64,000 bases of DNA from Pavona decussata (taxonomy: Eukaryota): contig CDRNST010000060.1 in NCBI GenBank assembly GCA_977016875.1, positions 4,030,001-4,094,000 of the forward strand, written 5' to 3'. The notes under the pieces are model-generated. The model was not told the origin of the DNA, did not search any database, and worked only from the letters and a program-made list of their open reading frames with translations. The translations under genes and the position numbers were made by a program. Positions within the stretch are counted from its first letter, which is position 1. Each line of letters begins with the position of its first letter. This document shows, in pieces, positions 1 through 19,300 of the stretch.

Positions 1-77
1 CAACAAACAACGGTAATTGTTGTCAACTTACCAACAGATGGCGGTATTCTTAAAAGGCCTGCTTATATGACCACGAA

Positions 78-511
78 TAGAGCGGTTTTTAATTTAGTGT
101 CGTAAAACGAAGGCCAAAGTAATTACTCAGATGACTTATCACAACACTGAGACTTAATACCTCAATGAACCAATCAGAATTCAAAGCAATTACAAGTAAC
201 CGGTGCCAAGCGCGGGAAGAGGCGGGCAAGCAAGTCACGACTGGTTTTGGCTTTGTTTCTCATTGGTCGAGAAAATGGCGCGAATTTTGCAAACCAATCA
301 CAAAGCGCAGTAAAGCAAAACCAAATCAAACGGGAATTACTTTCGATACTCAGATGAAAAACCGCTCTGTAAAACTCAGGCCACTTTCTCAACCAATGAG
401 GAGCAAAACCAAAACTAATCGCGTTTCGGCCGCACGCGTTTTCCCGCGCTTGGCGCCGCTTGCATGTCTTTGCTTCGAGTTCTGATTGGTTCATTGTGAA
501 AACTGCTCTAT
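78..511. mobile_element. Abundant palindromic CCAATCA-rich MITE family (one full and one partial copy)
   Basis: TAGAGCGGTTTT...AAAACCGCTCT termini with internal CCAATCA/TGATTGG motifs. Related copies at ~18550-18835, 40109-40370, 40897-41180 and ~52960-53060. Confidence 0.7.
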
Positions 512-1151
512 CAGGTGAAATTAAGTCATAGTGTATATGACCACTTTCTTACACGATGAACAGTCCTGCGGTATACTCTCATTCAACCATTACCTAGAGA
601 ATGGTGGAGGATTCAACAACAGCCATCCTAGGCCCACAGAGGTGACCTTTGTGTGAAGGTTTCAAGTAAAGTTTTATCCGGTTCGAAGAAGAAGACATGG
701 TACATAAAGAGAAGTAGCATCTATAGGAGGTTTTGATAAGAGTTTTTGGGAAAGGTGGACGGAGCAGTTTCTTTGGGACGTGAAAATATGATTGTCGTAG
801 CGAGGTAGCGTCAATGGCAGGGAGATTTCAGTGAGAGGATGAAAGTGAATAAATTGGTGATCAAACCAAGAAAATGTGACGCTGTTAGTGTAACGTACCC
901 TAAAATGAAAATGTCTCGAAATTTTTTTTGTCGCCGCAATAATTGCGAGAAGTCTTTTACTTCGTGCAACACTAACTGCAACAAGAACCTTACGAGACGT
1001 GTTCCTTTCAGGGTATGTTACACTAGGTAACGTTTCATGAAACTTGTATCGCAGCGACGCGACAAAATTAGGAGACAAATTGCAAGAAATATTGCCTAGT
1101 GTAACATAGGCTTTAAATATTAATGATTTATAACTTTGTTCTTTGTTGTAG

Positions 1152-8010
<6,859 letters not shown>

Positions 8011-9139
8011 CGATTGATGAGACGTGCACAATGCTTTGTAAATTTAGAACGAATTCTTGACTGTACATTTGTAATAGTGTAGTTACAGAAACGCCCTTGT
8101 TGTTCTTACTAGTTTAACTGAATACAGTGTCAATTCAGGTGCCAATGTTCATATGCATCGCACTTGTAAGGAGATTCAATCTCTTTCCCAGGTCCTCTCT
8201 GCTTTCAGTCCCAGAATAGCAGGGAGGGAGAGGGGCATGAGAAACTCTTGGAAACAAGGTTAAAGGATTTAATGACCGCATTTTGCCAGAAGCAGGGTTG
8301 AAATAAACACTGGGATCATATGGTGTCTACGCCCCAAATAAATTGTGGGGTGATGTAATTCAAGCTCAGCTTTTTTGAGTTTATTATGACAGTAACTTTA
8401 ATATATTTGCAGCGTGGATTCCAGTTATTATTTCACATTTTTCACTGGCAGTGTTCTTGGTATATTTATGTTGTTGCATAGCAACCCCGAGGGAATTGCT
8501 ATGCAAAAGGTTTGAATATGAATGGTAACGCAGCATCTGTAGGCTACATTCAATAAATCACAATGTTTGAGGATAAAAGTACATGTCAGTGCTTGCATGG
8601 TGTACGACTTGCTGTCTAACTCTATCACTCCTTCGTCCACAGTCTCAAATTTATCATAAGATTCCCAAATGTAGCCCCCAAAATAAAAGCCCCAAATTTC
8701 AGACACTACAATCCTTCTAACAATAAGCCCTTCAGAATATAAGATCATGGACTGGTAGGGCTTGCTGTAACCCAACTAGATGCTTCTGACCCAAACAATT
8801 TTGAAAAGCAAAATTACTGTCAATAAAAATCCTTCCATGAAAACAAGCACACTCTGAAAATAAGGAGTTAGGTCACAATTGGGACGAAAGTTCTGTTCCT
8901 TTCTCCTTAGGGAACACTGACCAAGAGTATCGTGAAGGGCAAGAAAGGGCAAAGCTGGAGCAAATCTCCCTCCTCTCCCAAAGTATGTTTCTGTGCTATT
9001 CTTTTAAATTCAGTCACAATAGAACAGCTCCATTTCCAGTTGATATGATTGGAAATGATCAGTCCTTTGTGACATTTAAATCTTGGAAATAAAGTCTCTG
9101 GCCTTAGTTTACACTTGTGTAAGAAATCTTGTTGAGCAC

Positions 9140-9320
9140 TAGCAACCCACAGTTCTCATGCTTCACAGGCAACCCACCCCACAAAACAGTTCTCATGCTG
9201 CACAGGTAATCCACCCCGTAACACAGTTCTCTGCTATACAGGCAACCCACCCGAGAAAACAAATCTCGTGTTGCACAGGTAACCCACCTGATTGAAGAGT
9301 TCTCATGCTGCACAGGTACA
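9140..9320. repeat. ~37-bp minisatellite, about 5 copies, just after the stop codon of the repeat-protein gene
   Basis: Unit approximately CAGTTCTCATGCTGCACAGGTAACCCACCCC... Confidence 0.75.
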
Positions 9321-9326
9321 CTATCT

Positions 9327-10781
9327 TCATTCTGGAGACTCTGATCTCCTCACAAGTTCAGCTTCAGTTTTTGCCACCAGCTCTGGAGCTCTAAAACGAC
9401 TTCCCTTTAATGCCGTCACTAGTTCTTCCAAACACAAATCACTCAAGTTTGAAAAGTTAATGAGGAGAATCTCATCAGTTAACTTACCAAAAAGTTGTTC
9501 TGAAAGGAGCCCAGCATCAGTGTAAGCTCGGAGGAATCTCACAACCTGCTGAGGTTCATAAACTGAGAGGTCCTGATAAATAAGGTGATTTTCTATCAGT
9601 TTGAACAGATCACGGATGTAATTTTTAGTCTTGGCAAAACCATTTACAATCATGACTAACCCAACTGGTGCAAAGTCAAGTTTTCCACGCTCAAGGATCT
9701 CTGAAGAAATTTCTTGAAAAAGATCAGGGGATCGAATATTTTGCTGAGCATAAGAGCTTGCAATTTGAGCCATTTGCTTGTACGTAAAAGATGTAAGACC
9801 ACGCCGCAGGATTTCCAACTTGATACATCTGAACAGGGGTTTCACATTCAATCCAACTTCTGCATAAGACCACAGAATGATTGTTAATGACCTCTCTTCA
9901 AATTCAGTCAGATCGCGTTTCATGATCTCCTCTCGCAAGGCAGCAAAAAGCTTAGCACCTTTCTCCAGTGTCCGCGCAAAGGACCATAAAAACTGGCATA
10001 TTTCCTTGACTTGGAAAGTTGACAAATCTCTAGCCATTATTTCATTTCTTATGAACTTGTACAGTAGCCTTGCACTGAACTGTGCCTTCCCATAAGCCCA
10101 CAGTATCATGGCAAGATCAGTGTTTGAAAACCAACGGGGATCGCGGCTCCTTATTTCCTTGTCAAAGTGAATGAAATATGACAAGTCCTTGAGTCCCAGA
10201 GTTGCAATTCCATGCACAGTACTTGCCAAATGGGTGGGTTCGCACAGGTTACTGTTCCATCTGATCATATTGACTAGGTGGACTGTAGCAGCCATGACTC
10301 GGCCATCACTGGTAGACCTCTGGCTTGACTGACGTGTTGCCAACAAAGCAAAGCGATGGAACAGCGCCACTAGGGCGTAGAGCACAGCTAGTTTATCAGG
10401 ATCAATCTTTGACCCGTCCTTTAGGGCGTTATAAATCTCCAGTAATTCATCAGGATCTGTCTCCGTCTGTATTTTTCGCACAATGTCGAAAGAACTCGCC
10501 AGCTGTTCTCCTTTAGAATTTGCTCTTGATTTCGTCTGTAGATCTTCGAACATTTGTAGCAGCCGTCCATTCATTCGCCTTGCAACATGGAAGTTCCTCG
10601 TAGCGTCCGCAAGAATAAGGAGAGTACGCTGAAGATTTCCTAAACTCGTAGCGGGTTTATGTAGAGCTGATGAAACTGTCCTTCCCACATGAAAATTTAA
10701 ATAATGAAATTGGGATAGCGAAGTAAAAGCATTTCTTGCCTGGAAATTTCTCCACTTCTGAATGAAATTTATGCGGAACAT
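9327..10781 (-). CDS. Intronless 484-aa protein with 8 tandem 38-aa helical repeats (OPR/HPR/FASTK-like), putative mitochondrial RNA-binding protein
   Basis: Single long ORF. The N-terminus is R/S/F/L-rich with almost no acidic residues over the first ~75 aa (presequence-like). Residues ~180-484 are eight 38-aa units, consensus F-x3-(D/E/Q)L-x3-(L/I)W(S/A)(Y/F)A...LF-x5-EI-x2-R. No C-terminal RAP domain is visible. Confidence 0.8.
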   Translation of the reverse strand: MFRINFIQKWRNFQARNAFTSLSQFHYLNFHVGRTVSSALHKPATSLGNLQRTLLILADATRNFHVARRMNGRLLQMFEDLQTKSRANSKGEQLASSFDIVRKIQTETDPDELLEIYNALKDGSKIDPDKLAVLYALVALFHRFALLATRQSSQRSTSDGRVMAATVHLVNMIRWNSNLCEPTHLASTVHGIATLGLKDLSYFIHFDKEIRSRDPRWFSNTDLAMILWAYGKAQFSARLLYKFIRNEIMARDLSTFQVKEICQFLWSFARTLEKGAKLFAALREEIMKRDLTEFEERSLTIILWSYAEVGLNVKPLFRCIKLEILRRGLTSFTYKQMAQIASSYAQQNIRSPDLFQEISSEILERGKLDFAPVGLVMIVNGFAKTKNYIRDLFKLIENHLIYQDLSVYEPQQVVRFLRAYTDAGLLSEQLFGKLTDEILLINFSNLSDLCLEELVTALKGSRFRAPELVAKTEAELVRRSESPE

Positions 10782-10825
10782 GTCAAGATTTTAAAGAATA
10801 CAACTCGCTACAAATATGACTTCAG

Positions 10826-10864
10826 GGCCGCCATGTTGAAATGCACGCCTTGCATTATGGGATA
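10826..10864 (-). promoter_or_regulatory. Core promoter motifs of the 38-aa-repeat gene (YY1-like and ZNF143/Staf-like)
   Basis: The minus strand reads TATCCCATAATGCAA (Staf/ZNF143-like) and then CAACATGGCGGCC (YY1-like), 45-85 bp upstream of the ATG. Confidence 0.45.
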
Positions 10865-11559
10865 TTCATTATTTTCTCCGTGTAAGAACCACTATGATGT
10901 CCCACCTGGTATATTTTTACCCTTCCCGAGAAAAAATTCCCCAGCTCGACTTGAAGTTAAGTCTACCAACGCTACAACTGTATTCAGAATATAATAATTT
11001 TTTTATTCAGTTGATCTGAGCCCTTCTGGTGCTTCTTCTGTCCGAGTCAATAACCAATTGCAAAGTGTTTTTAGATATATAAAAGCTAAAACACTCCTAT
11101 GAAGTCATGTGACAGTTATACAATACACAAGTACAACAAATTGTTTCTCTCGCAAAGAAACTGCTGGCATTAATAATTAAGAAGAATAAAGAAATCACTT
11201 ATCAGCGACTACAATTTTAGGGTGAAGATGGCTGCGAATTTGTTATAGTGCTCCGCGTCGTACCGTTGCCAAAGTTTTACATTAGTTTTTGAAACTTTCA
11301 AGCATGAAAAATATCTGCTCATGCCGGCTGCTGCCGTTTGCTGTTCGCTATTTTCATTCCAATGGGAATGAGTCGTGCCCGCAAAAGTGGAACTTGAAAT
11401 GTAGGGGGGGGGGGGGGGGGTGAGGAGACGAACTGGAACACGTCGCACCCGACACAGGGCAAAGACACAGCGCCCAAGACTTCATCATATTCCATTCCCT
11501 GGGCCTTTTGTTACTATTAGTTGGGAGAAACAACTTCTTTGAGAAACGTAGATCCTTAA

Positions 11560-12558
11560 AGTGCCCCTAACCCTACAATTTGTTTTCTTGTGGTAAATTT
11601 CCATATCTTTCAAGAACTCATTTTCGAAAAAATTTTTGAGAAATATTGAATCCTTTTTATTTTACGAGCGCTAAAAGTTACTGAAATTTTTAAATTTTTG
11701 CGCCCTTTAAGCCCCGCTGGACAAATTTTCTCTCGTGGGCTCATTAGGAACGAGCCAATGAGAAGCGTCCGATATTTGACACTGTGACGTAAGAAAAGGA
11801 CACCAGAAGGATTCAGAAGGAATCTTATGAGGGGTATCGAATGGTCTTTGCGAGCATTTGCGAGCATGCGAGCACTGTGTTTATTTTTGCGAGCAGGAGC
11901 AGTTGTCAAATTTTTCTTGCGAGCAGCGAGCACTTTAGAAAATACAGATGGCGAGCAGCGAGCACTTTAGAAAAATAGAGATAGCGAGCAGCGAGCACTT
12001 CGAGTACTTCGTAAATTTTCCGCAAGCTGGAATCTCTCTTTTATTAATAGGATTAACGAAATCTCGAGCAATCGAGTACATGTTAACGAGAGTGCGAGCA
12101 TGCGAGCAGTTGCAAAAATTTTGCGAGCACGAGCAAGCGAGCACCCGTTTAATTTTTGCGAGCAATTCGAGCAAAGGCCAATTTTTGCGAGCACTTTTAA
12201 ATTGAATGGGACCATTCGACACCCCTCTTATGCATGCTGATTCCTTTCTCTACATTTCGAGAGTTGCTGCATCTAAAAACCACACATTTTCCAACCATTT
12301 TCTCTGTTTACAATTGAAGCATTACCGCGAATCTTCGGATATTTTTGCACGATGTCCTTTTCTTACGTCACGCTCCATATTTGGCCGAGTGGGGGACTAA
12401 TGCGAACGATAGGTGAAAATATCGACAAGACTGCCTTCACTTCTAGCGCTCGTAAAAAAAAAAGGATTCAATATTTCTCAAAAATTTTTTTCGAAAATGA
12501 GTTCTTGAAAGATATGGAAATCTACCAAAAGAAAACAAATTGAAGGGTTAGGGGCACT
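11560..12558. mobile_element. Kolobok-like non-autonomous DNA transposon (TTAA TSD, AG...CT ends)
   Basis: TTAA|AGTGCCCCTAACCCT...AGGGTTAGGGGCACT|TTAA with imperfect TIRs longer than 100 bp. Confidence 0.8.
11829..12227. mobile_element. Sola-like MITE nested in the Kolobok-like element
   Basis: TTAT|GAGGGGTATCGAATGGTC...GACCATTCGACACCCCTC|TTAT: 4-bp TSD, GAG...CTC ends, and many internal GCGAGCA repeats. Confidence 0.75.
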
Positions 12559-12562
12559 TTAA

Positions 12563-12972
12563 GGGGGGTAGTTTACCTAAATTTGAATGAAATTTAAAGA
12601 GGTTTTAAGAAGGGATAGAAGAAAGAAAATGATTTTTGGAACACTAACAGACAGTTGATACCCACGCAAGAGCACCCCAGGTTTCTAGTGGACTAACTTG
12701 GTATCCGTCTATTAATTATTAACTACAAATTCTAACCTTAAAACTTCACTAAATCTCCAATATTTCTTATTTCTCTTAATTTAACCAATCCTTCTAAAAA
12801 AAACTACTCCTCCCAAATATACCCAAAAATCAACCAAAATTTCACAAAATACCCCACAACACAGATTCATGTGGTAATGATAGGGTTTTTGGATTGCTTG
12901 AAACGTGAATGAGATATTTCCATTAAAGCCATGTCAAGCAGCGGAAAAATGGCGTTTAGGTGAATTGCCCCC
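12563..12972. mobile_element. Second TTAA-targeting MITE abutting the first
   Basis: TTAA|GGGGGGTAGTTTACCTAAA...TTTAGGTGAATTGCCCCC|TTAA; it shares the TTAA at 12559-12562. Confidence 0.65.
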
Positions 12973-13365
12973 TTAATGTAACACTATTAAAGAGGAGAGG
13001 GTTCCTTGAAAACTGTGGCCATTCAGATAAAAGCCATTGACCCGGTAGCCTGCGGTGCTGTTTATTATGCTGTACAAGGTGGTTAAAGCATTTCAGTCTG
13101 TGGAAGGGAAATTCCAAGGTGTGACCATTTAAATGAAAGCTTTTTCCTGTGTTTCTGTTTATTATGCTCTACATGGTGATTCTTCTTTTGTATCTATGTA
13201 TGAAATTCTTAAGTGTGACCATTGATAGTCAGTATTGAACAGTCCTTTCCATGTTCTTTTACATTTTTTTGCAGATGTGAATTCAAACATTCTTTGAATT
13301 TCAGTTCCTAGTTTGAATGGATGCTGTTTGAAATAAAGAAGATGACAAATTGCTTTTCCAGTAGT

Positions 13366-16300
13366 CTAGTGCGCTTCTTTGGCGAACAGAGACACGTAAA
13401 AGTCAGGAACTGATCGTTCATGGCGATATTTCTTGACGATATCTTGAATCTTGAGTTTGCGACAAACTTGGGGCGGAGAATACCTGAAAAAAAAAAAGAA
13501 GCAAAATAATCTTAAAATGCTACTTTTAATAACACAAAACTAAAGGTGGGAAAACGCAAGAAATCAAATTACGAGTGGCTGTAGTGTGTCTTGTGACTTG
13601 GTTGTACGTGGATTCTAAACCGGTACTTAGGAGATACCCAGTCGAAAGTTAACACAATGATTGACCTCAAAACTGCTCGGTCCTCAAATCATTTCACTTA
13701 CGAATCAATTTCCAGTCTGCGCCTACGGCAGATATTGATAGCGGTTTGCCGCACCATGGTTCCCAGGGCTCGGTGACTCACCACCATGCCGTCCACCAAT
13801 GGACCTCCAATAGGAGACCTGAAAACAGCGATAAGCTGTTATCATCGATAACAAAGGGAAAGTACACCAATTTAAAAATAAGGCAAAGGTGGCGAGCTGA
13901 TTTTGTCTTGAATACTCTTTCCGTAGAAAAGTAACTGGTGAAATATTCACCATATTTTGTAGACTGGAGATGCGCAAGTATGGCCACTTCTAAGTAATCT
14001 AATGTTTTCGTTAGATAGAACACACCATTATAAAAATCTGATAAAAACTCTAGGGAAACCAATTCAGTGACAAGGGATGAGATAATGGTTTCACTCGTGA
14101 GTTGTAAGCGCTCTTTTTATTTATTTATTTGTTTGTTTGTTTGTTTATATTTATTTATTTATTCGTTTCACCAAGCCGATTAAACCACAATGACTGTCGG
14201 CCTACTGCCCCTACAGTATCGTAAAGCGAATCGTAAGTGTATTTTCAACACACAAGTTACATCGTGAATTTGATGGACATGGCAGTTTCTGTAAGAGTGT
14301 TAACCAAATCAGATTTATGAATCGGACTGACTTACATTTTCACGAAGTGTCTGGGTATCTAGCATTACTGCTAATTGTGGACACTTTTTATCTATATTTA
14401 CAAGGTGCTTAAAGTTGCGGTATATATAGCTACGAGAAACTACTGGCAAAAGCAGACATACCATCGTTATACAACAGACGATTACAGGACATTGCCATCT
14501 TCATGTATAAGATTAAGTATGAATTACTGCCACAGAGACTTTGTAATCTTTTCCAATTAGACAGTGGTACGTGTTACTTAAGAAAGCGAGAATTTGTTCA
14601 ACCTCGATTCTCTTCGGTGACATATGGAAAACACTCACTTCGTTACCTCGGGCCTAAACTGTGGAATGATCTCACTCCTAGAATAAGATATCAATCCTCT
14701 CTGAAGCAATTTAAAAGAGTCATACTTAATCAGGACCTTACTGCCCTGGCAGCAAATGTCAGTAACTGTCAAGGCTGCAACCTATGCCGAGAATGACTAG
14801 GGTTTACATGATTTTTTGCGATTGATGTATGAAATTTTATTAATATGGTTTACGATGTAAATTTTAATTCATTTTTCATAATTTTTAAGAATTTTTAGAA
14901 TTTAGTTAGGTGTCCACTATTAGTAAAGGGGACTTCTCCCCTCAGCTACATTTCTTGACACATTAATAAAGTTATTAATTAATTAATTAATTAATTAATT
15001 ACAAAAATAATTGTTGGTGCATTTTACCTGATCGTGGACCTGATGTGAATCCGATACAGTCCGCTTCTGAGATGGTGAATAAAGATAACCACAGTATCTT
15101 TGTCACGCAAGCTGTGCCCCGCATCACCAGTGAAGTCAAACTCCATCAAGAGCTCATCCACGGGGAACTGCGCATGATCCTCAAAGCGCTCGAGCCAGGC
15201 CACCAGCACGTTTGTCTCGGACGAAGTGTTGTGCGTGCTCAACCTAGTCAGCGGTCGACTGTCTAATGTCAGGTCGTTTCCAAGGCGCGACATGGCACGG
15301 GTCTGAAACTACAGAGAACGATATTTTAGAGTTAGCAAAGCTTTAGGTATCTACAAGATTTATGTATTAGCTGTGCACTCATTCATTTGTTCTGTAAGTA
15401 ACTCAAGACACCACAGTAACAATTTTTAATTTCGCGTGGGAGTTCCAGTTATTCTTATTTAGTTGTTCTTATTTGTAAGTTTTTAATTCTTAGTCAACAG
15501 GACTCCGTTGATAACAGCACTCTATACTGAAGGGTTATCCTGTATAAATATTCGATTTTATTATTCCACTATTATGTCATTTCACCAAATAAGGTCAAGA
15601 GAACGCGCAAAATATGAGACCGTAATACACTGTAGTGTCCCAGTTTGACCGGTTTACAACAAAGCGAATACGGACGGAAAAGGCAGAAAAAAGGAGCAAC
15701 AATGGCCGGACTGGACTAAGAATAGTTTTTGAAACGATGCAAGCTCGAAAACAAGTTTTTAGCATGCCAATCACTTGTCATTTATCTTTTCATTTTATCC
15801 AATCAAATTAAAGACATTTAACTGGCTTTCTGTGTTGTTTACGTCATTCGTAGGCGCCATATACCGATGGACAGTTTATGCCGGGTGTGTTTCAAAACGT
15901 TACCAAAACAGAGAAGCCAAAAGAACAAAATCTTTTTGTAGTGGAATAATAAATCTCTTATTCGATGGTTTTACATATAATACTCGCGGACATTTTGCTC
16001 ATTGCTAGTATTTTTCCTCACCCCTTCGGGGCTCGGAAAAATACTACGCAACTCGCAAAATAGCCGCGCATATTATATGTAAAACCATCGAATGAGATAT
16101 ATATATTATTATTGCCAGTTCAGCCAATGAAATTGTATTTACCTCGTGTACAGTCACCCCTTCTGAGGCTTGACGGGATAGCTTGCTTTTCAAATCCGAT
16201 TGGCTGCCACTTTTGCTCGCTTCCAGGCTCCCCGTGCTCCCTGACCGAGTCCTCCTCCGCCGAACAGGTCCGATTTCCTCGTCAAAGCTGTCTACCTGTC

Positions 16301-19300
16301 CTGCCATGCGCCGAAACCGCTGATAACGCGGCAATAGCGACGGCATGATGAACGCCACCTCACAGCTGACATCTGCGTAATACAGAATTTCATCGACTAA
16401 CTTGGCGTCTGGCTGGGCTGGACGAGAAGGTGAAGAGTGACCCGCAGGAGAACTCTTCCCGCTACTCGACGTTTCGCTGTCAAAACTCTCACGACAAGAT
16501 GTATATCGATCGCTATCGCTTCCAGAAACCTCTCGTTCATCACTACCCGTGCGGGTGGACGCGCTCTTTGAAGATTGGAGATAACTGGAGTCTGTTGAAC
16601 GTAGCGTGGAATCACCCCTACCTCGGGTCCAGGCCTCTTGAATGTTCCCTGCCCAGCCTGGATGAGAGGCTACGTCTACTGGCCACCCCAAGGAGAGCAG
16701 AAATTCACCGAATGCCTTTGAATGCTTACAGGAACTGATCTGTTGTGGACAAAAAAATTCACTTGAAATTCCGAGAAGCAACAAACTGCTGTAATTCTCA
16801 ATATTTTAGCAAGTGTACGTTACCTTGTTTTCTATGATATCATGTGCACTTCCCTGTTCAGCCTTCACGTAAAACAAATAAACTGTATCCTGTGTTCGAG
16901 TAGACACGTGATCCAGTTCCTTCAGGGCTTGAGAGAATCCGCTGGAATTGGAATTTAGTCCCAGTAGGCTCGCATCCTCAAATGGCCGCAATGGATTTCC
17001 CTGCAATAAAAATGAAGGGTCACAAAGCGTACCAAAATTACGCCAAAGCGTACTATCTCTGTTCGTACCTCTAAAGATGGTTGTGCACGTTTTCACCTCG
17101 AAATATTAGTGTCCTACCTTTTCAAAATGGCATAAACTATTTTCTTGATCTAGACGAACAAAACGCTATTTAGAGTTCGCGAGTAATAGCTCCTTATTAG
17201 CTAAATATTTGATCCTAAACTTCACTAACGCAAGAAATACAATTATGATTATAATTATGATAAATGCTAGTCGACGTTTCTCTGTACCAATCCTTATTAA
17301 GAAGATAAAGGCAGAAAAGACAGTCGAAAATGGAAATTTGAACGGTGAGATTTACGATATTTCGTCAAATCTCCATCTTTGAATCTCTTTCTCGCTGTTT
17401 TGATGATGCAGCTTTGTGTTAACTTTGTATTTCTTCTTAAATTTGGAAACAAAAATTAATTACTTCAGTAATAAGTCATAACTAAGTTTTGCAGCACTCT
17501 GCAAGAAAAAGCGACGATGTTTTTACCATGAGTCCTTCAATGGTGAGTAACCCCGAATGGGACAATAGCAGACGAGAAGGGCTGAATTCCTGACAAGGTC
17601 TGCAAAATTGAAAGACAACAACAGTAAGTGAATGAATTATGGCAGGACTGCCGCATGCTATGATTAGGAAAGTTTTAAAATATGGGCCTGTTTGCTGCCA
17701 TCCTCAAAGCGATGAATGTAAGCCCAAATAATTCATCTAACCATCTATCACTTTGTGAACTTACTTGGGTGGTGTAATTTCTGTGTCTTTATCCGGGAAC
17801 TTCACCTTGCTTTTCTCTTCGTTTAACTTGGTTTGTGCCACTGTTTCGTGTTCGAGCTGACATAAAGATACAAACATTTTCATGTTAAAAGCCCTTATAA
17901 GAACTATATTACTACGGCCAAAGCTAAATTATGGCCAATTTGGCCTCCCTGTTAAACCACTAGCCCTTCTTGGCAAAACAGAAACAAACTTTGAACAAAG
18001 CAACATGTAGTCATAGCAGCTTGTGAATGTAAAACACGAAGGCAAACTCGTACCTGTTTCTGCATCAGAGTTCGCATGTGGTCTTGAACTTCACTGAGTT
18101 TTGCGTCAAGAATCTCATCCAGTTCTGGTATGCTTCGGTCTCTAAATAAAGAAAGATAATTTAACTGAAGAAATAAGCCGTCACGCCAGTTAACCCAAAG
18201 GGAATACTACATCCACAAAAGGCGCGGGAAAAAACGCACCGGTCGCAAAGCCAGGAAACTACGGCAAAAAAACTTGCCGTAGTGATGGCGAAGGAAATCT
18301 TGTTTCTGCTGTCTCTGACAAACGCGGGCAAAAAAAAAACAGACGACATTGGTTTACTCCGGTTAACTCACGCTTGAGTAAGAGGCACCGTATCCACAGC
18401 TTCAGGAAAGGCCCTGTGTTTAATGTTCGGAGGTGGGCGAGGTTGAGTCTTGTCTGGAGACGGGCGACCTGGATCCTTTAGATGAGCCTCAATCAAGTCC
18501 TGCAGGAAAGTAATCAAGAAAGGTGAAGCAATAAGTGAAAACCTGTCTTAAAAAGAGTGCGAGATGGAAATCGTGGAGTAAAACCAAAAACCAAGTAATT
18601 ACCCTGGCCAATCACAAGAGAAGTAAACAGCGCAATGAACCAATCAGAATTCGAAGAAAATACTGTAACTGGCGCCAAACGCGGGAAAACACGTGCGACC
18701 AAGTCACGATTAGTTTTGGCTTTGATTCTCATTGGTTAAGATAGTGGCGCGAGTTTGCCAACTAATCGCAGTGCGCAGTAAAGCAATACCAAAGCAAATG
18801 CGAATTACTTTTGACACTCAACTAAAAACCACTGTAAAATAACTAAAACGAATGACACAAGGTGCCTTACGTTTTTCTGCCTTGAAAACTGTCTCAGCTG
18901 CATAGTCCATACATAACGGCCAGCGGGTCCGCGGATAACCGCTGACAAGGTCGGCAAAGGATCTGAAAAATAGATGCAATCACGGTCAAATTAAGTTTAA
19001 AAACCCTAGGTATGGAGACAGTCAAGAAAATTGCGGTAACTGTACCGCATATAACCTTATACAGTTTATCACCACTCAAGCCTCCACACTATAATGGGCT
19101 AATATTCTTTAGACGCCTACTTAAGATGGCGGATGTTGGCACTGTTCATGGCCTCAAACGGCCGTTAACTTTATCAAGCAAATAAAACGCTGAGCATTCT
19201 TGGCTTGCGTTGTGGGTCATAAAATGTTTTGTTTAGGCGCATATTTGCGAACTGTGGTCGTATTATGTCCAGGTGTGAGCTACGTTTGTAGAATGTCAAG

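Noticed and set aside
165-494. Overlapping 106-aa ORFs on both strands
   Set aside because: They lie in a palindromic MITE family repeated at several places in the window.
11829-12227. GCGAGCA repeats looking like a CRISPR or iteron array
   Set aside because: Short, irregularly spaced motifs inside a TIR/TSD-bounded eukaryotic MITE; no constant repeat-spacer structure and no cas genes.
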